This document shows, piece by piece, positions 24,009 through 35,153 of a stretch of DNA of 64,000 nt. Numbering within the stretch: the stretch's first letter is position 1; each line of letters opens with the position of its first letter. The translations under genes and the position numbers were made by a program. The notes under the pieces are model-generated. The model worked only from the letters and a program-made list of their open reading frames with translations. It searched no databases and was not told where the DNA came from. The stretch is from Squalus acanthias (lineage: Eukaryota), in the NCBI GenBank assembly GCA_030390025.1, contig CM059433.1:15502001-15566000 (forward strand), written 5' to 3'.

Positions 24009-24975
24009 GACTCTTTCTTTTGTTTTAACAGTTTTACTTTTAAGTCCTGTGTATAAAACCTCTCCAAATCATCTGGGGTTATGGTTTCTTCCATTTTCTA
24101 ATGTTAGGAAAAAAATCAGCTTGAATGCAAACTAGGGAGATGTTAAAGGCGCTATATAAATGCCAGTTGTTCTTGTTTATACCCATGCTGAGTTTTTCAC
24201 TAATGTTAGTGAACGGAGGAAAATTTATCCATTGGTTTTATAAACCTCTCTCTCCAGTGGTATCTCAGCACAGAATGTGCTTCTTCGTTAAATATTGGGT
24301 GACATAACTGGTTGATTAACAGGATCAGTTAGCTGACAGAATTGGTCTTGGATGCTCAGAACTCAAAGACCTGGGGTTCAGTTTCTTTTTTAGCACTGCC
24401 AGCACAGAGCCTCGTGTAGATGGCGCGCGTACCACTAAAATTAATGGCTGGAAAATGGCGCGTGGCACTTGCCTGAATTCTTGATATGCACCCCTCAGCA
24501 TGTGAAGCTTTTCAGTAGAAGACAAATAATTTACCTTTTTGGATCATTTTCACTTGAGGTCCAGAGTCATCCTGTAGCCTTATGACTGAGTGCTCCAGTG
24601 TGTAATTCACATGATGCCGAATTCCATGTTTTGAACATGGCCTTGGGTTGGTGCACAGTACATACTGCACTGTGGTATTTTATATTTGCTGTAATCATCA
24701 GTGTCTTTATCACTCTTGTCTTTATCTGTAATAAGGGATTTTTATAGTGTGACGGTAGCTGATCCTGGAAAGGCACGGCCATCATTAGGTGGAACATTGT
24801 TTAGAGTGTGTGTGTGAGGGGGAGCGGGGGGTTATTTAACTCTCGCCACATGGCAACTGGGTAGCTTTGACTCAAAGGTATCTGAAAAGGGTGGTAGGCT
24901 ATTTGTCCATGTTTTTGCTAGAGGTGCATTGCAAAAAAACACAGTTGTGTTCAGAGCAGATTTGAGAAGGAAAAT

Positions 24976-25349
24976 GGCCCTGAATATCCACATGAACGAT
25001 ATCTCTCTAACTGGGAACCTCTAGTACTGAACCCACCAGAGAATACAGGGCCGGTGAAGGTTGCATCATTAAAATATCAATAGTGGGTGCCAAAAAAGGT
25101 TGAAAATTTTTCTAAGCCTTTGCGGCTCCAGGCTTGAACCCCCAGGTGGGCTGCACTGGCCAATGTCTCGACGTACTCTACCTACCATCGCCCGGCAGAT
25201 TTCCAGTCCAAGGACAAGGAAGTTTATGTCTGGGAGTCTCCTTCCCCTTCTTTGGGATGGAACTTCTATCCAGGCCAAACAAATCCCCATGGAAACTGGT
25301 AGAGGTGGTCAGGACCCGGCCCACCTGGGTTCCGCCCTAATTTCTGGCC
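24976..25349. mobile_element. Short Harbinger-type MITE
   Basis: aat|ggccctgaatat ... taatttctggcc|att. Confidence 0.55.
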
Positions 25350-27104
25350 ATTATGTCGAACTCCCGCCAGATATACCGTATGGTAGAAAGGCTGCCGATT
25401 TTCTGTTTCAATATCTCGTGTAAAAATATTGTAACTATATATCTAAACTGGATATTTGTGAGATTTTTGATACATCTGTTGTGCAACTAGATTGATAATT
25501 CATTAAAACTGTACTGCCTCCATGTTTTTGTTTGTTTTAAAAGAAAACAGTACTCCAGCTTATTAGTTTTGAAGTTAAGATTAGCGAATCAAAAAGCAGT
25601 TGTTTTTATTTATGAAACAGTCATACCCACTTTGGCTGAATGTAGGTGGCCATTACTTTTCACCTTTTGAAGAAATAAACCCTTCTTATTCCTAAATCAG
25701 CTGACTTACACACATACTTAATGTACAGTTGTACTTTCTGGCATTTTGCTAAGGCAGGCAAGATTGATCAATCCATACATTTAAAAACAAAAATCTTTTT
25801 TCTTTAGCAAGCCAACTTATTCCTGAGTTCAAAGTATTTTGACTCACGAAACAAGATTTTCCTCAAGTTCCACTAGTTTGCTTCTGGAGCTACGGTGGCT
25901 GACAGTGGAAAATGGCTTGGAACCTGTTCATGCCAAATCCAGAACCATTTTTGCAACTCCTTGTATTTGCCATCAGAAGTGGCAGCCCAAATGTGGGTTT
26001 GCGTATTCTAATTAAACGGTGTGACATCATGGATCACATTTTCTGTTAATGACTTGCCATTGCTGGATGTAACCGATACCTGTACAGAACAGACATCCAG
26101 CATTGCTAAGCAAATTCAAAACAGCACAAAACATTTAAATTGACAAGGCAGAATGGTAAATCGATTTATGGCAGTATGGAGTGCCACTTTTACATCGGTG
26201 ACTGGGATTTCTTTGGTTTTCAAAGCTGCCTGCCCCTGAAAGCTTCTGAAGGTGTTCATCTCCGGCGACAGCAGTGCGCTCCCAAGTGCAGGCGGGTATA
26301 TTACCGGGACCCCGCCCAACTTAGGCAAATGAATGAGAGTCCAGAAATGCACCAGGGGCAGCAGCGGATCAGTAGAGCATGCACGAAGCCCATCCGGCCT
26401 CAGTTCTGGGGGCAGTGCCTCAGGAAAATCCTGGCTCCTACCCCAACTGTTCCGCAGCACTGGGTATCGATCAGACAAATCCTGATAACTGTTTTAAGTC
26501 TCCCACTTAACATTATTTCTTGACCTTTTTTAGAAATCTGATTTAACCTATCCTTCAAATTGTTGGATTATGTACTTTTGAATGATATAAAATGTCAGTT
26601 TAATTTTCAAAGCTGCAGTTCGGATGATATTTGGCTACTCGCTTGTAAACTGTGCCAATGTAATATAGGCTTTGCTTACATTTATAAGCCACTATGTAGG
26701 AAGCTTCCAATTAGGCTGAAAAATAGCTAGAGCGAGGTGAAAGCTACTGCTTACATAAAATCCTGTGGGTTGCTGAAGCAACTTCTAATAACGAGCCCAG
26801 GGCAGCGGTGTGAATATGGTATTATTCTATGTCTTTGGGAGAAGTGTGAACTAAAGACATGGCCAGGGATTTCCTGGAATGGAGCGAGTGACATCATTAA
26901 TTACATTGTAGCGCCCTCTGATCCTCGCGTTGATAACTTGCACCAAAATTTCCTGCAGAGAGACTAATGGTGAATCAGGGACCTCAGCGCAGCCAAGGGC
27001 TTGACCCAAGAACCAATCGCATGACGCTATAAAACGCTCAGAACAGATGCCATAGCTCCGAGCTAGACTTGGCAGTAGGAGGCAAGTACCAAGATGAATT
27101 TTGT

Positions 27105-27235
27105 CAAAAGCAAAATACTGCGGATGCTGGAAATCTGAACTAAAAACAGAAAATGCTGGAAACACTCAGCAGGTCAGGCAGCATCTGTGGAGAGAGAAAC
27201 AGAGTTAACGTTTCAAGTCGATGACCCTTCGTCAA
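27105..27235 (-). mobile_element. 131-bp PLE tail insertion beginning inside the hammerhead core
   Basis: Same tail as 120-257; reverse reads TGACGAagggtcatcgacttGAAACGTT; 11-bp TSD atgaattttgt (27094-27104, 27236-27246). Confidence 0.82.
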
Positions 27236-27379
27236 ATGAATTTTGTGCCTGGTCTAATGCTACTAAAACACTTAAAACCGTGAATTGCTGTAAAACGCCC
27301 TAAAACGTCATTTCCAGTGTCTGCACGACCCCATTTCCGTAGATGCGTTGCAAGAAGAATCAAAAAAAGAGGGCCTTGA

Positions 27380-28200
27380 ACTTGAGAGACGAGAACCTCT
27401 GACGTTGAATGGTGCCGAGAGCGGTTGCTGGTGACAAGGGGGAAGGCTCTGCAACCTCCAACCCCCCCCGGAAAGGTCAGCCAGGCGACGTGGAAGGAGG
27501 TGGCCGCGTCCCTGAGCGCCGCTTTGCTCATGTCGCGTGTCGGGGACCGGTGCTGCAAGAACTAGAACAACCTGAGCAGGTAAGAAACTCGGCATGCTCT
27601 TCAAAAGAATATAAAAAGACAGCCAATGCAGATTAGTAACGCAGATTTTTTTCCATTCTTTGCCGTTGCTGCTGCCACTTTTCCTGGATGTTTGCAGCAT
27701 ATTCCGGTCATGTTTACTGCTGTTTAAAAGCAGAGTTCTTTTAAAAGCTCTCCGCAACAAGAGCCAAATAGCTGGCCTTTTAACGCAGGAATTTGGAAGG
27801 GGAGAAGGTATGGGCGGCTTTTTTCATGCTCGGGAGTGTTTGGTTACTCTGGTCAATACCCAAAAGCAAAATGTGTTGACAATACTGTTGTTGGCAGGGA
27901 AGATGGGTAATCAAAAGTGGGCAGTAGATGAGTTGGACACCTTGCAATGCCGACAAAGTTCCCTCAAAGCGTAAAACAAGTAGCAGATCCAAGCCAGCTG
28001 ACATTTTGACATCTGCACCTCTCGCACGATAACTCAATGTTCTGTGCAACATACCTATATTCTCTTATTTTTCTCCACAGGGCAAGTTGGCACAAAATGC
28101 GTGTGGGAATGCCAAAACCAGGAGGCCAGCCTTCCTCAAAACACTAACCATGCACGAGGAGAAAGCTCTCCAGCTCCAGACATATTGTGGTGCCTTGCCT
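27380..28200 (+). pseudogene. Degenerate spliced Myb/SANT-like gene of Harbinger type
   Basis: Exon 1 ...PPRKVSQATWKEVAASLSAALLMSRVGDRCCKN*NNLS with donor cag|gtaag at ~27580; exon 2 after ttctccacag (28081) GKLAQN...KT...LTMHEEKAL. Same architecture as the Myb gene at 49393. Confidence 0.6.
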
Positions 28201-28433
28201 GTCATAAAGGCCGAGGTCAGTGTCATTAGCATACTGCAAGTTGAGTTAAAAGTCCCTTGTTTTGTTTCCTGGGCAGCAATCTGCCCTATGACTGCATCTG
28301 AGGAAAGACAGGATTCACGTCGGACCAGGATTAAGGAGGCATGGGAACAGGACTTAAGGGGTCCGCGTCTCCGAATTGGGATGCTCCAAGAGCAGTGCAG
28401 ATAACTGCTGCGGCAACAAGATTAGGACACGAG

Positions 28434-29154
28434 GGCCCGGATTTTCCAGGGCCTATGACCGTGTGCGCAGTACGTACGTGGCCGTAAGTGCCCCGCAAGT
28501 TCCGGGATTCCGTGTGCGCTGCAGATCGACAGATCCGCTGCATCCCCGGGAAATGGACAATCGCTGGCGGAGAGTTGGGCTATTTGCACAACTGCCTGAA
28601 ATCCCATGAAACTCTTACACCTGGTAAAAGCAGGTGTAGGGCCTTCTTTTACCAGCATAAGAGTTTAAATAAATACTAAAAAAATGTTTTAATTACTTAA
28701 ATATAAAAAAACTTTTAATTTAGTTATAGGTTATTTTTAGCCCCTTTAAAATGTTAATTTATTTTTCAAAAGATTACATTTTTGTTTTAAATGTTTAATT
28801 CATTAGTATTTCAATTAATTTTGAACATGTAATGATTTACTTTTATTTAACTGGTGTGTAATTGTGTTTTTTAGGAGATTCCTATTCATGCTTATGGGGA
28901 TTCCGTACGTAAATGGAATCCCCATAAGCATAATGGGAATCCCCCTTTTTGATTGATTGGGCCGGCCCACATGATCCATGGGGCGCTTGCGAACCGCATG
29001 CGTCCCTGGGATACGTGGGCCTTTACGCAAGCGTACGTGTAGAGGCCCAGGAGCGCAAGTGTCCGAACCTCCGGGACCATCGGGTAGGTTCGTACTTTTC
29101 TTGCGGTTCGGAGGCATTCGCCCGCGGGAAGCCTCCGACCGCAAATGCTGGCCC
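28434..29154. mobile_element. Harbinger-type MITE, ~720 bp (opposite orientation to 3623-4380)
   Basis: TIRs ggcccggattttcc / gcaaatgctggccc; shares internal blocks with 3623-4380 and 40614-41317; right flank ATT, left flank not matching. Confidence 0.8.
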
Positions 29155-30813
29155 ATTGAGCTGTCCAACTTTCGCCGAGATGTTGTTCAGGGCCTTTAGG
29201 GAGGAGGTGTTAAGAAGCGCAGTATTCCAAGCAAAGTTGTGTACCTGCCTGCAGAGTCCACCTCCTCCTGCTCCTCATCCACAGGGTGTTCCTCACGCAC
29301 TCTTCTTTTTATTGGTTAATACTGTAAATAGTTTTACATTCATAGCATAAATGTAGTAATGCAGACCAGTTCCAGAAAAAATTACTATTACACAAATCTA
29401 TTAAAATATTTTTGTATAGTTGCGAATACTTTGCACAGCTTGATACTTAACTCCCTCACCACTGTGTCACCAATGCTGGCTTTTTAGTCCACAGCCCCAT
29501 CCTTGTTACAACTCCTTTGATGATAAAATGCTGCACCGAGCGTCTGAGCTTTAACAGCTCACCGGCTGCATTGCTGCCTAGCAATACTGCTCTATGTAGA
29601 AGGGTTGTGGACCTCATCATCTTTGTCTTCCGATTTTGGAACAGTTCAATTTTCTGTCATTGTTTCTTGTTGAATGAAAGTTTTTCTGATGTCGCTTGTT
29701 GGACAGAACCTTGGTGCAGCTGGGTTTGAACACCTTTTATTGCTGTTCTATTCTTTGTTACATTTTCTTGTCTGTCGTCCCTTGTGTTCACAGCCCCACG
29801 GGGATCATTGCACAACGCTATTGTTTCAGACTACCTCATGCTGCTGGATTGGGTAGGTTTGGCAAAGGGGAGTTATGAGGGCTGGGGGTTATCATTGGCA
29901 AAACATCTAGGATGTTGGATTTGTTTTACAACCTTAAAGTCCCAAGAAATGATGGCGTGAGTTCTGCCATTATTCACGTTGCACTATAATTTCCTGAGTT
30001 TTGCTGAAACCCTCGCTGAAAATGTGAATAGTTGATCATAGATCCACTCCCCAATTAAGACAATGACGATCACAAATTTCCTGGATTTACTTATTAGGTT
30101 TTATTTTGGGATAACTTTTATATTTAATGATTGATTCATTGAACTTTTCCATGATTTGCTGATCCTAATGAAAAATGCAACATTTTCACTAACATTGGTG
30201 AATGGAGAACAATATGCACTGAGTTTTCCACAATAATCCCATAAATGAGGTTTGTTGGGTAGCTTAGTATATAGAGAATAATGCAGAACACTGTCTTTCA
30301 ATAGTGACAAAGATGGCATAAACGTATGAGTGACTTAAGTTACAATGAGATATAGATCTTGGTAGAATAAATGCATTCAGCAGCTTCCAGTGCACTGTTT
30401 TTCAGTGTATATATTTGTCAGCTAAATATTTAAAAGTAAACTTCTTTTAGTAGTGGAGTATGGTCATTTCTTGCTTGGAATAAATATTGTGAAGTGACAC
30501 AATCATTGCGCACATGTTTCTGCTCTTTCTCCTCAGACTCACTGGTGCAGAAAGCAGTTAGTGGGGTTTTATTTTGTTTAAAACAGTAGCTGGGAGAGTA
30601 CCCATTGGTTTCTTATTCCGCGTACGTGGAATAAGTTCCATGTTGCATGTACGCAAGGACTAATTATCACATACAGTCGAATTTCACTAACGAACCCCCT
30701 CGGGGCCGACAGAAAATATATCAGGGTGTTCACTATATTCGGGTTTGGCGATATGCGTCATCAGAAAAATGAAGAAATGAGCATTATTTTATTCTGTGAA
30801 GAAAACTATACTG

Positions 30814-33800
30814 TGTGGCGGATCGCCACCTAAACGGGCATTACCACTTTTCCGCCCGTGGACAATATATCGAGCACCTTCCCTTTAAGACACCTTACCT
30901 TTAAGGCAGGAGTGGGCGGGGCCTCAGGATTTTTCCAGAGAATTCTGGGAGCAGTCTGTTCAGCCATTTTGTACCATGCAGTTGTATTAAAAAAAGTCTC
31001 TTGTTTTCCACACATGGATTCAGCCTTAATTCGTGTTTCGCGGCAGCCTCAACATTGGTGACCCCGACGCTCAGAACGTATTCCGAGCACAGCAATGGTG
31101 GACACGAGCGCAGTTTCCGTGAAACTGCCGGAGTTTTGGGAAAACCAGCCAAACCCTGGTTTCTCCAAGCTGAATCTCGCTTCCGGCTGCGAAACATCAC
31201 CACAGATGGGACGAAGTACGACTATCTCGTCACATCACTCGGTAGCGCCAGAGTTTCGAAGGTTTGGACAGCGCTGCAGAACCCACCAGAGGAAGGCAAG
31301 TACGCACATCTCAAGACAGCGCTCCTTAAAAAATTTACGGCCTCGGCATATCAGCGAAACTGCCACCTCCTCGACCTTCCAGGTCTCGGTGATGCCTCAC
31401 CGTCAGACCTCCTCTCCCACATGCTCTCCCTCACCGACGAGAGCCCACCCGGATCCCTCTTCCGCACGCTGTTCATCCGCCAGCTCCCTCTCAGCATCCG
31501 CCCAGCGATCGTGGCGTCCGGCCTCACGAACCTGGAAGCCCTGGCCGATGAGGCCGACAAGCTGCTGTCCGCTCACTCCAGCCGCGACGTCACTCCGGAC
31601 CTGGCAGCCAATGCCTGGGCGCGCCCCTCACCGGCCACCGCGCGGCCACAAGGGCCTGCCACTAGGCCCACGGGGCCTTCACGCCCCACTAACCCGGGCC
31701 ACTGTTACTACCACGCACGGTTCGGCGCCAGGGCACAACGGTGCACACCTCCCTGCTCTTTCAAGTCCGCCCCCGCGATGGCCGTGGGCCACGCGGGCTC
31801 CCTGCTGTTCGTCACGGATGACAAAACCGGCCGCCGGTTCCTGTGCGACACTGGGGTTCAGCACAGCATCATCCCGGCCTCCTCCCTCGACATCCAAAAG
31901 GGCGAACGAGGACCGGCGCTGGCTGCTGCTAACGGCTCGGAAATACGGACGTATGGCACCCGAACAGTCACCCTCGACCTCGCTGGTCGCCGCTACCGAT
32001 GGGAGTTCATCACTGCCAAGGTGCTCTCCCCTCTCATCGGCGCCGATTTCCTGTGCGCCCACGGCCTACTGGTAGACATCCCCCGTCACCGCCTCGTGGA
32101 CATGAACACCATGTCCCCCATCCTGGGCGCCATGGCCCCCCGCCGACATGGCGTCACAGTGCCACGCCCGGGCCACGGATGACTACTCGGCACTCCTGGC
32201 CGAATTTCCGGCCCTTACCAATCTGACCTTCTCCGCGGAGGCCGCCAACCACGGGGTGGAACACTTCATCCCCACCACAGGCCCCCCAGTGTACGCCCGC
32301 AGGCTGGACCCGACCAAACTGGAGATCGCGCGGACCGAGTTTGCCACCATGGAACAGCTCGGCATCATCCGCCGCTCCAACAGTCCCTGGGCCTCCCCAC
32401 TCCACATCGCCCCCAAACCAGGCAGAGGTTGGCGCCCCTGCGGGGTTTACCGCCGCCTCAACGACGCCACCACCCCTGACGGTACCCCGTGCCGCACATT
32501 CAGGACTTCTCGGCTAGACTGGCCGGCCCGCTCAGTCTTTTCCAAGGTCGACCTGGTGCGCGGCTACCACCAAGTCCCCGTCCACCCCGCGGACGTCTCC
32601 AAGACGGCCGTAATCACCCCCTTCGGCCTGTTCGAGTTCCTGCGGATGCCCTTCGGCCTCAAAAACGCGGCCCAGGCATTCCAACGGCTCATGGACTCGG
32701 TCCTTCGGGACCTAAAGTTCCTGTTCGTCTACCTGGACGACATCCTGGTAGCCAGTTCCTCCAAGCAGGAACACCTCGAACACCTTCGCATCCTGTTCGG
32801 GCGCCTCAGCGACCACGGGCTCATCCTCAGCCCAGCCAAATGCCAGTTCGGCCTGGACAAGATCGACTTCCTCGGCCACCACATCACCCATGCTGGGGCC
32901 ATTCCCCTGCCCACCAAGGTGCAGGCCGTCCAACAATTTCCCCGCCCCACCACCATCAAAGGCCTCCAGGAGTTCCTCGAGATGGTGAATTTGTATAACC
33001 GCTTCATCCCCAAAGCGGCGTCCCTCATGAGGCCCCTGTATGAAGCCCTCCGGGGCAGGAGCGGCAAGATGGCGGTCGAATGGACGGTAGACGCGTCCGC
33101 CGCCTTCGACTCCACCAAGACCGCGCTCACCAACGCCACCCTGCTCGCGCACCCACGGCCCAATGCCAGGGCAGCGCTCACCACGGACGCCTCCGACCAC
33201 GCGGTCGGCGCCGTATATGAGCAGTGGGTCGACGGCGCCTGGCAACCACTTGCCTTCTTCAGCCGCCAACTACGCCCCCCCGGAGGTCAAGTACAGCACC
33301 TTCGACCGCGAGCTCCTCGCGCTGTTCCTGGCGGTCCGCCATTTCCGGTTTTTGCTTGAGGGCCACCCCTTCACTGCGTTTGTCAACTACAAACCCCTGA
33401 CATTCGCAATGGCAAAGACAGCCGACCCCTGGCCCGCCAGGCAGCAGTGCCAGCTCGCGGCAGTGTCCGAGTTCACCACGGACATCCAACACGTCTCCGG
33501 CCGAGACAATGTGGTAGCCGACTGCCTCTCCCGCCCCGCCATCCACGCCGCACACCTGGCAGTCGACTACGCTCAACTCGCAGCAGACCAGATCACCGAC
33601 CCTGATCTGCTCTCCGCACCCACCAACCTACCAGGGCTACGCCTGGCCGACGTCGCCTGTGGCCCGACCGCAGTCACGGTCAAGTGCGACATATCCCTAT
33701 GTCAACCTCGGCCCGTCGTCGTGGCGCCGCCGGGTATTCGACATTCTCCACAACCTCTCCCACCCCGGCGCCCGCGCATCCATCAAATTGGTAGCCAACC

Positions 33801-35131
33801 GCTTCGTCTGGCGCGGCCTTCGCAAGGATGTGCGTACTTGGGCCAACTCCTGCCTAGCCTGCCAACGGGCCAAGGTACAGCAACACACGAAAGCACCCCT
33901 CGAGGAGTTTACCGTCCCCTCGCGGAGATTCGACCACATCCACGTGGACATCATGGTGCCCCTGCCGCCGTCGCAAGGCCACACGCACTTGCTGACCATC
34001 GTTGACCGCACCACACGCTGGCCCGAGGCAATTCCACTGACCTCTACCACCACCGCCGACATCGCCAGAGCCTTCGTCAGCACCTGGGTCGCACGGTTCG
34101 GCGTCCCCTCCGACATGACGTCGGACAGAGGTCTGCAATTTACCTCTGAACTCTGGACCGCCGTTGCACGCAATCTCGGGGTGACCATTCACCGCACCAA
34201 AGCGTACCACCCCCAAGCCAACGGACTGTGAGCGGTTCCACAGATCCTTGAAGGCATCTCTTCGAGCCAGCCTCCAGGACGGCGCCTGGACCGACCGACT
34301 TCCGTGGGTCCTCCTCGGCCTGCGCACCGCGGTTAAAGAAGACCTCCACACATCGGCAGCAGAGCTTGTGTACGGTCAGCCGCTGCGCGTACCCAGCGAG
34401 TTCCTGCCCACTGCCACGACACCCTGGTCAGCTGACCAGCAACGCCACGACTTCGCCTCACCGGCGCTGCAGTTCGCCCCGGTGCTCATTGCCTGACACG
34501 GCGAATCCACCTCACACGTCCCACTAAGCCTGCACCAGGCACGGTTTGTTTTCGTCCAGCACGACGCCCACCGCGGACCCCTTCAACCCCCGTACGACGG
34601 GCCCTACAAGGTGCTACAGGCTGGGGACAAATTTTTCACCCTGCAAGTGGGCGACAGGACCGAAATAGTGTCGGTTGACCGACTCAAGCCAGCACACTCA
34701 GAGCCCGGTGAGCAGGTCCCTGTAGCTCGTCCACCTCCACGCGGCCGACCTGCCCTCAAGCCGGTTCACCCGGCTGCTCCATGCCCGACCGTTCCACGTC
34801 CACCCGCGTCCTACAAGAGCCGCTCTGGCTGGCCCATCAGACCGCCGCACCGTCTCGTCCAGACCTCCTAAGCGGATTCTGTGGGGAGCTGTGTGGCGGA
34901 TTGCCACCTAAACGGGCATTACCACTTTTCCGTCCGTGGACAATATATCAAGCACCTTCCCTTTAAGGCACCTTACCTTTAAGGCAGGAGTGGGCGGGGC
35001 CTCAGGATTTTTCCAGAGAATTCTGGGAGCAGTCTGTTCAGCCATTTTGTACCATGCAGTTGTATTAAAAAAGTCTCTTGTTTTCCACACATGGATTCAG
35101 CCTTAATTTGTGTTTCGCGGCAGCCTCAACA
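30814..35131 (+). mobile_element. Gypsy LTR retrotransposon, CsRn1-like, full length with disrupted gag-pol
   Basis: LTRs 30814-31054 and 34892-35131 (TGT...ACA); PBS TGGTGACCCCGACG (tRNA-Trp type) at 31056; purine tract before the 3' LTR. Gag KLPEFW..WF.QAESRF + CYYH...C...C; protease LCDTG; RT YLDD; RNase H TDAS; integrase HHCC and D,D,E-type core. TSD ACTG/ACAG. Confidence 0.95.
31095..34871 (+). pseudogene. gag-pol polyprotein, broken by at least five frameshifts and a stop
   Basis: ORF pieces 31095/31001-32182, 32148-33359, 33163-34005, 33659-34231, 34248-34496 and 34611-34871 are collinear domains in different frames. Confidence 0.9.
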
Positions 35132-35153
35132 ACAGCGTAGATTGCTTTGTATT

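Noticed and set aside
24009..26000. TMEM18 polyadenylation site
   Set aside because: Candidate hexamers (e.g. AATAAA near 25674) cannot be distinguished without transcript data.
31001..34871. Bacterial contamination or an intact retroviral ORF, suggested by high GC
   Set aside because: The Gypsy domain order PR-RT-RH-IN lies between LTRs with a TSD embedded in host repeats; it is frameshifted and has no env.
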